From an uncultured Chloroflexia bacterium (GTDB lineage: Bacteria; Chloroflexota; Limnocylindria; QHBO01), in contig CAWFCQ010000002.1 in assembly GCA_963814375.1 (NCBI GenBank), forward strand, positions 1-64,000: a stretch of 64,000 nucleotides of DNA, read 5' to 3'. A model generated the notes under the pieces. The model did not search any database and had not been told where the DNA came from. It saw only the letters and a program-made list of their open reading frames with translations. Position 1 is the first letter of the stretch, and each line of letters begins with the position of its first letter. This document shows, piece by piece, positions 46,450-56,747 of the stretch. Position numbers and translations under genes: made by a program.

Positions 46450-47436
46450 TCAGAACCAGCCATTGCGTCGGAACCACGTGACGGCGGCAACCATCGCGAA
46501 GGCCATGAGTGCGAGGGCGAACGGATAGCCGAGCGGCCATGACAGCTCGGGCATGAACATGAAATTCATCCCGTAGATCCCGGCGATCAGGGTCGGGACC
46601 ATGAGCACCACGGTGAAGGCGGTGAGCCGCCTCATGATCACGTTGAGCCCGTTGCTCGCGACGGTCAGGCGGGCGTCGAGGACGGCCGCCAGGAGCTCGC
46701 GATAGACGTCCAGCTGGTCGAGCACCCGCACGAGGTGGTCGTAGAGGTCCTGGTAGTAGGGAAGCGTCGCCTGATCGACGATGTCGAGGTCGCGCCGCAG
46801 AAGCGCGTTCGCCACGTCACGCATCGGCGCCAGGACCCGGCGCAGCTCGAGAAGGCGCCGCTTCAGATGGAGGATCTCCTCCAGCGTGTCGCGGTCGCCT
46901 CGGCCGGCCAGGATGCGATCCTCGAGCGTATCGATGCGATCCGACATCCGGTCGAGCTCGGGGAAGTAGGAGTCCACTACCGCGTCGAGCAGCGCGTAGA
47001 GCAGCTCGCTGACCGTGTCCATGCCGCCGTTGCGTCGCTCGATGAAGCGTCCCCGGACGGCATCCAGCATCGGCGTGGCCGCCCAGCACACGCTGAGGAT
47101 CCAGCCGGGACCAACGAAGAAGTGGATCTCCGAGACACCCGATGGGGCGTCCGGCACAGCCTCGTAGGCCACGACCATGTGCTGCGTGGCGTACGTGTCG
47201 ACCTTCGGGCGCTGTCGGCGGCGATGGATGTCCTCGACGGCGAGCGGGTGGAGCTCGAACTCTCGGCCGAGTGCGGCGATGGTCGCCTCATCCGGCGCGA
47301 TCGCGCTCACCCACACCAGGGCGCCGGGGCCGCTCCGCAGCTGATCGACGTCATCCACCCGCCCCGCCGGCAACCGCTCGACGCGGCCGTCGGAGTGACG
47401 GGCCAGGATGACGAGCGAGGCGTCGTCCGCGGTCAT
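46450..47436 (-). CDS. corA: CorA-family Mg2+/Co2+ transporter
   Basis: LHPLAVED, QRPKVD, YYQDLYDH, PTLIAGIYGMNF, MPEL. Confidence 0.95.
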   Translation of the reverse strand: MTADDASLVILARHSDGRVERLPAGRVDDVDQLRSGPGALVWVSAIAPDEATIAALGREFELHPLAVEDIHRRRQRPKVDTYATQHMVVAYEAVPDAPSGVSEIHFFVGPGWILSVCWAATPMLDAVRGRFIERRNGGMDTVSELLYALLDAVVDSYFPELDRMSDRIDTLEDRILAGRGDRDTLEEILHLKRRLLELRRVLAPMRDVANALLRRDLDIVDQATLPYYQDLYDHLVRVLDQLDVYRELLAAVLDARLTVASNGLNVIMRRLTAFTVVLMVPTLIAGIYGMNFMFMPELSWPLGYPFALALMAFAMVAAVTWFRRNGWF

Positions 47437-47470
47437 GGCCGGGAGTGTACGGCCTGTGCCGACGGCTGAA

Positions 47471-47890
47471 TCAACCCGCCCAGGACCAGGCGCCGCCCTC
47501 GAACCAGCCGTGCAGGAGGTCGCCCTCCGGGCCCCTCGCGAAGACGTCGATTCGCCCCGGCCCCCAGCTGCAGGCGGTCGGATCCGAGGCCAGCTCGCCG
47601 CCGAGCGATTCCCACGCGCTCCAGCCGGCCGGCTCGTACCAACAATGCTGCAGCGAGCCGTCGCGACCGCGCGCGAAGAGGTCGATCCGATCGGCCCCCC
47701 AGCTGCTGGCCGCCGGATCGCCGACGAGCTCGCCGCCCAGCGGCTCCCACCCGTGCCACGCCTCACCGTCCCAGTAGCGGTTCCAGAGCGAGCCATCGGG
47801 CCGGATGGCGAAGACCTGCATCTCGTTCGGCGCCCAGCTCGTGACGGCCGGTGCCGATGCGAGCTCACCCCCCAACGACTCCCAGACCAT
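47471..47890 (-). CDS. Trp-rich beta-propeller lectin-like protein (PLL/fucose-lectin repeats), three repeats
   Basis: 3 x WE(S/P)LGGEL...P.A.SW...(I/M)..FA...G.L...W; GGAGG RBS before ATG 47890. Confidence 0.75.
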   Translation of the reverse strand: MVWESLGGELASAPAVTSWAPNEMQVFAIRPDGSLWNRYWDGEAWHGWEPLGGELVGDPAASSWGADRIDLFARGRDGSLQHCWYEPAGWSAWESLGGELASDPTACSWGPGRIDVFARGPEGDLLHGWFEGGAWSWAG

Positions 47891-47959
47891 GTGGCGACCT
47901 CCGTCAGCGTTGCTCGTCGGGGACATCATCACCGACGCGTGCGCTCCGCGGCAGCTTCC

Positions 47960-48922
47960 TCAGCGCTCGACCGACACCAGCGCCGCGACGCGGTCGCGCT
48001 CCGAGGTGCGTGCGAAGAGAAAGATGGCGTCGACCACCTCGGACCGGATGGTGAGGGCGGGGACGCTCTCCGAAACGGTATGGACGTAGCCGATGCGACC
48101 GCTGGTCCAACCTCCCCCGATCGTCACCGGCTGCGGCGCGACGCCACCGTCGTCGGCGAGCGGCTGGGCGGTGAGGATGTTGCCCTTGGGTCCGTGCCGC
48201 ACGAGCAGCAGCGCTCCCCCCGGGTCGGCGAGGTCGCGAACGTTGGGTCCGACCCTGCCGCCGAATGCCGCGGGCAGTCGCTCACCTGGGCCGAGAGGAG
48301 CGGTCAGGACGTCGACCTCGCTCGTGGGGCGGAAGATCGGGTAGCCGACTGCCGCCCCGATCAGGAGCGCGACGCCGAGAAGCGCGGGGAGGATCGAGAG
48401 CGGCCAGAGGACGACTCGCTCAGGCTTCGGCGCCTCGTCGAGCTCGACCACCCGGTCCGGCACGATTCGCGGTGGCGCGCCGAACACCGTCGCCTCCTGG
48501 GGGATCTCCTCCTCCACCGCGACGCCTGCCGCCACGAGGTGGCCGGTGAGGATGGCCTCCTCGCTCGCTTCGGGCCGATCGGCGGCGGTGATCACGATGG
48601 CCCGCAGCGGGTTGGCGGCGTCGACGAACAGCGCGTAATGCCCGGCCACCCCGGTCGGCGACTCGGTGAGCCGCGCAATGCGACCGCGCAGCCGGACCCA
48701 GCCGGCCGGGTCATCGACGGCGCCGTCGAAGACGTTCTGGACCGTCACGTCCTGTGGCTGGGCGTTCAGCAGCGGCACCGCGATCGGCGACACGGCAACG
48801 AGCAGCAGGACAACCCCGAGCGCGACCGGTGCCAGTCGTGCGATCCGGGACGAGGTGCCGCCGAACGGCCGCCTCATCTGCCAGGCGAGCCAGCCGCATG
48901 CTGCCGCGAGACGCCCGCTCAT
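47960..48922 (-). CDS. Hypothetical membrane protein (2 TM)
   Basis: Long ORF with two hydrophobic segments; no recognised motif; start uncertain. Confidence 0.6.
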   Translation of the reverse strand: MSGRLAAACGWLAWQMRRPFGGTSSRIARLAPVALGVVLLLVAVSPIAVPLLNAQPQDVTVQNVFDGAVDDPAGWVRLRGRIARLTESPTGVAGHYALFVDAANPLRAIVITAADRPEASEEAILTGHLVAAGVAVEEEIPQEATVFGAPPRIVPDRVVELDEAPKPERVVLWPLSILPALLGVALLIGAAVGYPIFRPTSEVDVLTAPLGPGERLPAAFGGRVGPNVRDLADPGGALLLVRHGPKGNILTAQPLADDGGVAPQPVTIGGGWTSGRIGYVHTVSESVPALTIRSEVVDAIFLFARTSERDRVAALVSVER

Positions 48923-49005
48923 CCGGCGAATCATGCGCGACCCCACCACGATTGGCGACCCACCTGAAGGTCCCCGCTCGTCCCCCGACCGCCTAACATC
49001 GCCGG

Positions 49006-50385
49006 ATGGACCGCTGGCGCACGATCATCGAGCCGTTTCGGATCAAGAGCGTCGAGCCCATCCGGATGACCAGCGTGTCCGAGCGGGACGAGAAGCTGCG
49101 CGAAGCCGGCTACAACCTCTTCAACCTCCACGCCGCCGACGTGCTGATCGACCTGCTCACCGACTCGGGGACCGGCGCGATGAGCGCCGAGCAGTGGGCC
49201 GGCATCCAGCGCGGTGACGAGTCGTATGCCGGATCGCCCTCGTGGTTCCGGTTCCTCGAGGCAGTGACCGAGCTGTTCCCGTTCCGGCACGTGATCCCCA
49301 CCCACCAGGGCCGGGCGGCCGAGAAGATCCTCTTCAGCGTCGTCGCCGGCCCGGGCAAGGTCGTGCCGTCGAACACCCACTTCGACACGACCCGCGCCAA
49401 CGTCGAGTTCACCGGCGCCGAGGCGATCGACCTCGTCATCCCGGAGGGCCGCGACCCCGCCGCCGACCACCCGTTCAAGGGCAACATGGACATCGAGGCC
49501 CTCGACACGCTCCTCCGCGAGCGTGGCGCGGAGAGCGTGCCGGTCGTGTTCGTCACGATCACGAACAACTCCGGCGGCGGCCAGCCCGTGAGCCTGGCCA
49601 ACCTCCGCGCGGTGCGCGAGGTGTGTGACCGACACGGCGTGCCGCTCTTCCTCGACGCCTGCCGGTTCGCCGAGAACGCGTGGTTCATCAAGCAGCGCGA
49701 GGATGGCTACGCCGATGCATCGGTCACCGCGATCGTGCGCGAGATGGCCGCTCTCGCGGACGGCATGACGATGTCCGGCAAGAAGGACGCGCTGGCCAAC
49801 ATCGGCGGCTGGCTGGCCATGAACGACGACGGATGGGCGGAGCAATGCCGGAACATGCTCATCCTGACCGAGGGGTTTCCCACCTACGGCGGACTCGCCG
49901 GGCGCGACCTCGAGGCGATGGCGGCCGGCCTGCGGGAGGTGGTCCAGGACGACTACCTGCGCTATCGGATCAGGTCCACCGCCTATCTCGGAGAGGCGCT
50001 GCTCGAGGCGGGAGTTCCGTGCGTTCGCCCGATCGGCGGGCACGCGGTCTACCTGAACGCGGCCGCGCTGCTCCCGCACATCCCCGCCCTCGAGTATCCA
50101 GGGCAGGCGCTGGCGTGCGCCCTCTACCGCGAGGGAGGCATCCGGGGCTGCGAGATCGGGACCGTCATGTTCGGGCAGCGCCCCGACGGCACGGAGTCAC
50201 CCGCGGCGATGGAGCTCGTGCGCCTCGCCATCCCGCGACGCGTCTACACCCAGTCGCACATCGACTACGTGATCGAGGTCATCCGCTCGGTGGCGGAGCA
50301 GGCGGGCAATCTGCGCGGGATGCGCATCGTCGAGCAACCATCCGCCCTGCGGCACTTCACCGCGCGCTTCGAACCGATGCAGTAG
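49006..50385 (+). CDS. tnaA: Tryptophanase (beta-eliminating lyase)
   Basis: EPFRIKSVEPI, DLLTDSGT, HQGRAAE, HFDTTR, SGKKD, LRHFTARF; the Asp and His positions favour TnaA over tyrosine phenol-lyase. Confidence 0.85.
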   Translation: MDRWRTIIEPFRIKSVEPIRMTSVSERDEKLREAGYNLFNLHAADVLIDLLTDSGTGAMSAEQWAGIQRGDESYAGSPSWFRFLEAVTELFPFRHVIPTHQGRAAEKILFSVVAGPGKVVPSNTHFDTTRANVEFTGAEAIDLVIPEGRDPAADHPFKGNMDIEALDTLLRERGAESVPVVFVTITNNSGGGQPVSLANLRAVREVCDRHGVPLFLDACRFAENAWFIKQREDGYADASVTAIVREMAALADGMTMSGKKDALANIGGWLAMNDDGWAEQCRNMLILTEGFPTYGGLAGRDLEAMAAGLREVVQDDYLRYRIRSTAYLGEALLEAGVPCVRPIGGHAVYLNAAALLPHIPALEYPGQALACALYREGGIRGCEIGTVMFGQRPDGTESPAAMELVRLAIPRRVYTQSHIDYVIEVIRSVAEQAGNLRGMRIVEQPSALRHFTARFEPMQ

Positions 50386-50395
50386 GCGTCGACCC

Positions 50396-51388
50396 TCAGG
50401 TCACCCGGATCTCGGCCACCCACTTGATCCAGTCGAGCCCGCGGCGGGTGGGAATCACGAGCCGGCAGGGGGCGCCATTCGCTGAAGGCAACGGCGCTCC
50501 GGCCACGTGGGTCGCGAGCAGGCAATCCGCCAGCTCGTCGCGCCCGAGTGAGACGCTCCAGCCGGTCACGCTGCGAATGACGACGTACGGCGCGCCGGCA
50601 TCGGCCCCGGCCGCCGATAGAACCGAGGCGAGTGGCGTGCCCTGCCATCTCGTGCGCAGCGCCCAGCCGGAGGTGCAGTCGAGCACCTCGTCGCGGTCAA
50701 TAGCGCCCAGGCCTTCGAGTCCGACGAGGTCCAGCGTCAGAGGGCGCTCGACCCGTCCTGTGACCTCCAGCCTCCAGGCAGCCGGATCGAGCGAAGGCGT
50801 GCCCTCGCCGTAGAACGTCGTCGGCGGCGGGATGCCGCCGGCGGGCAGCCAGCGCGAGCCGGTGAACCGCCGCGCGCCGCCCTGAACGGCGTCGAGGAGG
50901 TTCGCCGTACCCCACGCGACGGCGCCGAGCGTCGCGATGAGGCCGGTGGCAAGCAGCGTGCGTCGGCTCATCGTGGGGCCGCCGCGTGGTGCGCGCAGCA
51001 CCCGCCAGCGCCGAGGGACGAGGTGCAGCAGCACGACCGGAACGGCGGCCAGCGCGGCCCAGACGTGCAGTGTCAGGATCGTCCACGGGCCGACCGAGAG
51101 GAGGCGCCCGCTCGCCACCCAGCCGAAGCCCCCGACGAGGGCGGCCGCCACCAGCAGCGAGAGGACGGCGCCGAGGGCCAGTCGCCTCCAGCGGCGATGG
51201 CGCACGGCGGGACCGACACTGCGGCGCAGCTTCTCGATCGCCGCCACCAGGAGCGCGCCGCCGAGGAGGCCGTGGAGCCAGAACAGCGGCGCCGTGGCCG
51301 GGACGCCGGCCGACAGCGTCAGGAGGCCGCTCGCCAGCTGCGCGGCGAGCAGGATCGCCAGCAGCCGATCGAGCGCGGCACCGCTCAC
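50396..51388 (-). CDS. Membrane-anchored molybdopterin-dependent oxidoreductase (sulfite oxidase/MsrP-like)
   Basis: Four N-terminal TM with His residues, MSRRTLL, WRLEVTG, LDCTSGW, GAPCRLV, WIKWV. Confidence 0.85.
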   Translation of the reverse strand: MSGAALDRLLAILLAAQLASGLLTLSAGVPATAPLFWLHGLLGGALLVAAIEKLRRSVGPAVRHRRWRRLALGAVLSLLVAAALVGGFGWVASGRLLSVGPWTILTLHVWAALAAVPVVLLHLVPRRWRVLRAPRGGPTMSRRTLLATGLIATLGAVAWGTANLLDAVQGGARRFTGSRWLPAGGIPPPTTFYGEGTPSLDPAAWRLEVTGRVERPLTLDLVGLEGLGAIDRDEVLDCTSGWALRTRWQGTPLASVLSAAGADAGAPYVVIRSVTGWSVSLGRDELADCLLATHVAGAPLPSANGAPCRLVIPTRRGLDWIKWVAEIRVT

Positions 51389-51432
51389 CCGGCGAGCCTA
51401 CGCGCGCGTCGTCCGCGCGGCAACGCCGCGGC

Positions 51433-53280
51433 TCATCCGGCGGGAGTCAGCTCGACCAGCGAGATGGACGGCATCGGCAGATCGAAGGAGAGGCCGAGGC
51501 TGCCGTCATCGGGTCGGACCTCGCGCTCCGGCTCGAGGTGCTCGAGCTCATCGGCCTCGCGAAGGGCGGCCCATCCGGCCTCGTCGGGCCAGTCGCTGTC
51601 GCCACCGATCGAGCCCCATCGAGCCACGAGATTCGAGTGATCGGCGTCGAGGCGGCGGTGCCGGAGCCGATAGGCCCGCGCATCCAGGCCGGCGAAGCTC
51701 AGCCGCGCCGAGCGGTCCAGCAGTAGGGAGCCGTCGGCCTTCGTCACGTCCACGGTCCCGTTCCACGCCACGACCGCGATCCGCCCATCGGCCGCGCGCG
51801 AGGCGATGGCCTGGACCATGTCGCCCGCGCCGTCACCGGTGACGTGGGTTGCCAGGCGCTGGTCGAGGAGCTGCTCGAGCATCCACAGGCCCCACCATCG
51901 CGGCTTGCGGAGGTTGCCGACCGCCAGCAGGCCGAAGCCGCCGTGGAGAAGGCTCGGCGGCCTGCCGAGCTCCTCGAAGTGATCCGAGACGGTCCAGTAC
52001 GCGAGCGCCTCGATGCGGCCCATCGCCGACACCATGCCGCGCACGAGGTACGCCGCGCTCCACGGCGAGTCGTGGACTCGATTGAAGTGGCTCGCGTGGG
52101 CGCCCCACTCGGTCCACCACTGCGGCAGGCCGTCGAAGCCATAGCGAGTAGCGACCGGCCGCAGGTCGAGTGGCGCGTTGCCGTAGGTATGCGTCGAGAC
52201 GAAGTCGATCGGCACGCCGGTCGATCGACAGTGGGCGAGCATCTCGTCGACCCACTTGCCCGCGGCCGATGCAGGGCCGCCGACCGGGAAGGTGGCGTCG
52301 ACCGACTTCACGGCCCTCGCGCTGAGGTCGTACAGGCGAAGGTACTCGTCGCGCGTGCCGGACCAGAAGACATCCAGGTTCGCCTCGTTCCAGACCTCGA
52401 AGCCCCATCGCCGGACCTCGTCGCGTCCGTATCGGTCCACGAGGTGAGCAACGAGCTCGCGAACGAGGTCCTCCCATCGCTGCCAGTCGCGGGGCGGGCT
52501 GACGATGGCGCGGTAGTCGAAGACGGTCTTGCTCGGGTCGCTGGCCAGGTCGTGCGGCATGAAGCTGAGCTCGACGATCGGTCGCAGGTCGAGGGCGAGG
52601 AGATGGTCGTAGACGCGGTCGATGCCGGCGAAGTCGTGGACCGGCGCCCCGTCGACCTCCCGATAGGTGCCGAGGTCGTCGCCGAGGATGGCGTGGGCGC
52701 GGACAGCCTCGACGCCCAGTTCGGTTCGCGCCAGGCGCAGGGCCTCGCTGAACTCGGTGCCGATATGGCGCCCGCCGGGGCCGACGCCCGCTTCGACCTG
52801 GCTGAGGTGCTCCGATCCGATCATCGGCCGCCACGGCCGGTGGATGGGCCCGGCCGACGCGGCGGCGTCGACGCCGATCTCGACCGCGCCGGGCCCGGTC
52901 GCGGTCGGGTTGGCCTCGACCGCCTCGGAACGAGCCTGGCCCACGTCCTTGACGGCTGCCGCCGCCGCGACCCGGTACCACGCCGCCTCGCCGGCCACGC
53001 CGGCCGTGTCGGCGTACGGCGGATGGGGCACCGGCCGCACCTCCGGCTCGCCGATCTGGAGCAGCTCCCACGGCCCGTCGGCGGACGGTGCGCGCTCGAT
53101 GACGTACCCCGCCGCGCCGTCGACGGCATCCCAGGCCAGCGTGACCTGCCCCCGACCCGCGGTCGCTCGCAGGCCGCCGGGTGCGGGCAGCGTCGGCAGC
53201 TCGACGCTGCCCTCCGCGTCGCTGCGCCGGCCGATGCGCGACTCCCAGTCGGCCCGGGCCGTCGGCGGCGGCTCGGTCAC
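51433..53280 (-). CDS. GH39 glycoside hydrolase with N-terminal FN3-like domain
   Basis: VRAHAIL, PIVELSFMP, FEVWNEAN, FVSTHTY, WTEWG, YWTVSDHFEE, HGGFGL. Confidence 0.9.
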   Translation of the reverse strand: MTEPPPTARADWESRIGRRSDAEGSVELPTLPAPGGLRATAGRGQVTLAWDAVDGAAGYVIERAPSADGPWELLQIGEPEVRPVPHPPYADTAGVAGEAAWYRVAAAAAVKDVGQARSEAVEANPTATGPGAVEIGVDAAASAGPIHRPWRPMIGSEHLSQVEAGVGPGGRHIGTEFSEALRLARTELGVEAVRAHAILGDDLGTYREVDGAPVHDFAGIDRVYDHLLALDLRPIVELSFMPHDLASDPSKTVFDYRAIVSPPRDWQRWEDLVRELVAHLVDRYGRDEVRRWGFEVWNEANLDVFWSGTRDEYLRLYDLSARAVKSVDATFPVGGPASAAGKWVDEMLAHCRSTGVPIDFVSTHTYGNAPLDLRPVATRYGFDGLPQWWTEWGAHASHFNRVHDSPWSAAYLVRGMVSAMGRIEALAYWTVSDHFEELGRPPSLLHGGFGLLAVGNLRKPRWWGLWMLEQLLDQRLATHVTGDGAGDMVQAIASRAADGRIAVVAWNGTVDVTKADGSLLLDRSARLSFAGLDARAYRLRHRRLDADHSNLVARWGSIGGDSDWPDEAGWAALREADELEHLEPEREVRPDDGSLGLSFDLPMPSISLVELTPAG

Positions 53281-53296
53281 CGCCCGCGGTCCGGCG

Positions 53297-54845
53297 TCAC
53301 GGAGCGATACGTCCCGCGCCGAACTCCTCGATCGCCATCAACGGCTCGAGCGCACGCTGGACCTCGCCATGGCTGAACAGCCGCTGAAGCCGATCGTGCC
53401 GCAGCTCGTTGGCGATGGCGGCGATCACCATCCCCTGGTCGAGACTGAGGTAGCGATCCGCCACCTGGCCGGTCGCAACGTTGACCGCGTCCTTGAAGCC
53501 GCCCGGACCGTACAGCCCGTCGAAATCGGCCTCGAGGCTGGCCAGGTTCTCCAGGGCCGCATCCCGGTCGAAGTCGAGGGCCAGGAAGGCCGCGTGCGGC
53601 GTCACCACGCCCTGCCCGTAGTTCGGCGATCGTCGATGGCGCGCGCGGGCAGGCCGGGTCGTCCCAACCCGCATCGGTCAGGGTCAGGCGCCCGACGTCG
53701 GCGGTATAGCCGTTCGGCTCCATGCCGATGGCGTCGACGCCGTACTCGCGGTACCCGCCGGCGGGATCGCTCGACGGGCTGAAGCCCCAGTAGCCGTAGC
53801 CGGCCTCGTCGAGCCCGAACTCGATCTGCGACTCGACGAAGAGGGGATGCGTGACGCCCCAGCTGCGGGGGCCCCACTCCTCCTCGGGCACGACGAGCGG
53901 CACCATCAGCGCCTCGAACATGCTGCCGCCCCAGGTCGGGACGACGAGCTGGTCGTCGTAGGGATAGGCGCCCTCGAAGACCTCGACGCCGAGGTACTCG
54001 CGCCATTCGCCGATCGGCTTCGTCTCGGGCCAGCTCCAGTCGCAGGTATCGGGGAAGGTGCGCCAGCCGCCGAAGTAGTGCTCGGCCGGGATGTCTCCCA
54101 TGGCGATCCCGATGTAGCTCGCGATGCGCGGCTCGGTGTTGAAGGCGCCGTAGTGGTGCCCGGTGTACTGGACGTTCTCCCCCATGCCGCAGTAGTCGCC
54201 GGCGACCGAGGCCGGTTGCGGGACGAGCCAGAAGCCGCCCCGGATGAGGCCGACGTCCGCCTTTGCATTGGGGTCGTAGTAGCAGCCGAAGTTCATCGAC
54301 TCGAGCAGTCCGCGCGCCTGCGATCGCAGCTGCGGCACGCCGCCGTTGGCGACCATCAGCAGCGCCGATGCGAGCCAGCCGTTGTCGACGCTCGACGCGA
54401 AGGGCGTGACCGGGTTGTTGGGCGGCTCGGGCCAGGTCGTGATGATCTCGAGCGTCGCCGGGTCATACCAGTTCCAGAACTGACCGGACGGCTCGTGCCG
54501 CTCCAGGCTCGCGATGCTCGTCAGCGTCTGGGAGATCCGCGCGCGGGCCTCGGTCGGGAGGATCAAACCCAGGTCTCGCGCGGCGAGCGTGGCCCAGATG
54601 TACATGCCGATGTTCGTGGGCGACGTATAGCCCGCCCTGGTGGCCGGGTCGAGGCTCCCGCCGATGTGATCCGACGGCAGCCCGGTGGTCTCATCGGTCA
54701 TCGCCACGAAGGAGGCCCAGGTGTCCTGGGCATAGCGCTCGAGGTCGTCGCGGCCGGCGTGGTCGGCGGCCGTCACCGGACCCACGAGGGAGACGGATAC
54801 CAGCGCCGCAAAAATGGCGGGAAGAAGGCGTCGATGTCGGGTCAT
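53297..54845 (-). CDS. Secreted glycoamylase/DUF3131 (GH144-like, beta-1,2-glucanase superfamily) protein, frameshifted near 53630
   Basis: Signal peptide, TSPTNIG, SSVDNGWL, EPRIASY, WGGSMFEALM, YWGFSP, (fs) VVTPHA, YG..GF.D, LDQGM. Confidence 0.8.
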
Positions 54846-54909
54846 GAGGTGTGCCCCCTGAGTGCGGCGCTCGGGTGCCGCATGCGTGGGATCGGAGATC
54901 GCCATCGGC

Positions 54910-55800
54910 TCACTTAATGCCGGTCATGGCGATGCCCTGGGTGAAGTGCCGCTGGAGCAGGATGAAGACGACAAGGATCGGCACGATCACTACGACGGAT
55001 CCGGCCATGAGCAGCGCCACGTTCGTCTCCTGCTGACCCGTGGCGAGGAACGCGACGGCCACCGGCAGGGTGAACATGTCCTCGCCCGTTGCGACCACCA
55101 AGGGCCACAGGAAGCTGTTCCAGCTGGCGAGGAAAGTCAGGATGGTGAGCGTCGCCAGCGCGGGTCCGCACAGCGGCATGATGATGCGCCAGAAGATGTA
55201 GTGCTCCCCCGCCCCGTCGACGCGTGCCGCATCGAGCAGCTCATCGGGAAGGCCCATGATGAACTGGCGCATCAGGAATACGCCGAAGGCCCCCACCATG
55301 AAGGGAAGGATCATGCCGGCGTGGGTGTTCACCAGGCCGAAATTGGCCACGAGGACGAACAGCGGCATGAACGTAACGACCGCGGGGACCATCAGCGTGG
55401 CCAGCACGACCACGAACAGGATCCGCTTGCCGGGGAAGTTCAGCTTGGCCAGCGCGTAGCCGAGCATCGAGCAGAACACGACGTTGCCAGCGGTGACGAA
55501 GAAGGCCACCACTGACGAGTTGAGGAAGAAGCGCACGAAGTTCTGCCTGCCGAACAGATCCTGATAGTTCTGAAGGGTCCACTGCTCGGGGAGCCACGTC
55601 GGCGGGACCTGCCGTAGCTCACCGGTCGTCTTGAAGGACCCCAGGATCATCCAGATGAACGGCCCGACCAGCAGCAGGAGGCCGATGCCCAGCAGAATGT
55701 AGATCCACCATGCTCCGCCACCGCCGGACTGTCGCGTTCGTCCGGCTCGCTCCACCGGGATCGCCGCTGGAGCCTCACGTCCGGGTGCAAGGGTGCTCAT
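54910..55800 (-). CDS. Carbohydrate ABC transporter permease
   Basis: EAA loop LPDELLDAARVDGA, WNSFLWPL. Confidence 0.93.
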   Translation of the reverse strand: MSTLAPGREAPAAIPVERAGRTRQSGGGGAWWIYILLGIGLLLLVGPFIWMILGSFKTTGELRQVPPTWLPEQWTLQNYQDLFGRQNFVRFFLNSSVVAFFVTAGNVVFCSMLGYALAKLNFPGKRILFVVVLATLMVPAVVTFMPLFVLVANFGLVNTHAGMILPFMVGAFGVFLMRQFIMGLPDELLDAARVDGAGEHYIFWRIIMPLCGPALATLTILTFLASWNSFLWPLVVATGEDMFTLPVAVAFLATGQQETNVALLMAGSVVVIVPILVVFILLQRHFTQGIAMTGIK

Positions 55801-55810
55801 GGCTGCCTCC

Positions 55811-56743
55811 TCACGTCTCGTCCCGCAGGAGCCGGAACTGCACGAACGTCACCGTGGCGATGGCGATGAACAGCACGAAGGACGCCGCCGCCGTATAGCC
55901 GTAGTTGCCGAAGCCGAACTGGTTGTAGCTGTAGAGCGCCATCGACAGCGTCGCGTTGAGCGGGCCGCCCTCGGTCATGACGTACGGCTCCTCGAAGAAC
56001 TGCACGTACCCGATACCGGTGATGACGAATGCGAAAAGCAGCGTGGGTCGCAGCAGGGGAAGCGTGATGCCCAGGAAGCGCTGCCACGCGCTGGCCCCGT
56101 CGACTTCGGCCGCCTCGTACAGGTCCTTCGGGATCGTCTGCAGGCCGGCCAGGAAGATGACCATCAGGAACCCGAGGTTCCGCCATGCCGCCACGCCGAT
56201 GATCGACCAAAGGGCATAGCGCTCGTCATTGAGCCACCCCGGGCCGTCGATGCCGAAGCTCTCAAGGACACCGTTGACGAAGCCGACTTCCGTCCCGAGA
56301 AGGAGTCGCCACACCACCGCGATCGCCACGATGCTGGTGACCACCGGCAGGTAGAAGCCCACCCGGAACAGGGTGCGGAACTTCACGACGGCCTGGTTCA
56401 GCAGGACGGCCGCCCCCAGCCCCAGGGTGACCGTCAGCGGCACGCCGACCAGCACGAACACCGCCGTGTTCGCCGCGGCCTTTTGGAACCGCGCGTCGGT
56501 CAGGACCGCCACGTAGTTCTCGATGCCGATGAAGTTGATATCGAGCGGGTTGCGGATGTCCGTCACCCGCATGTCGGTGAAGCTCGTGACCAGGGCGACC
56601 AGGATCGGACCGGCCATGAACACCATGAACAGCAGGAGATAGGGGAGCGCGAAGCTCCATGCCACAAGGTGCTCGCGCAAGTGGGATCGGGGAGCCGTGG
56701 GCGCGGGGTGGCCCGCGCCCACGGTCTGGCTCTGCGCCGTCAT
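55811..56743 (-). CDS. Carbohydrate ABC transporter permease
   Basis: FIGIENY, LAGLQTIPKDLYEAAEVDGA, ITLPLLRP. Confidence 0.93.
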   Translation of the reverse strand: MTAQSQTVGAGHPAPTAPRSHLREHLVAWSFALPYLLLFMVFMAGPILVALVTSFTDMRVTDIRNPLDINFIGIENYVAVLTDARFQKAAANTAVFVLVGVPLTVTLGLGAAVLLNQAVVKFRTLFRVGFYLPVVTSIVAIAVVWRLLLGTEVGFVNGVLESFGIDGPGWLNDERYALWSIIGVAAWRNLGFLMVIFLAGLQTIPKDLYEAAEVDGASAWQRFLGITLPLLRPTLLFAFVITGIGYVQFFEEPYVMTEGGPLNATLSMALYSYNQFGFGNYGYTAAASFVLFIAIATVTFVQFRLLRDET

Positions 56744-56747
56744 CGGA

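Noticed and set aside
49006-50385. Tyrosine phenol-lyase assignment suggested by SGKKD
   Set aside because: HFDTTR (Asp) and LRHFTARF (His) match tryptophanase specificity positions rather than the Thr and Phe of TPL.
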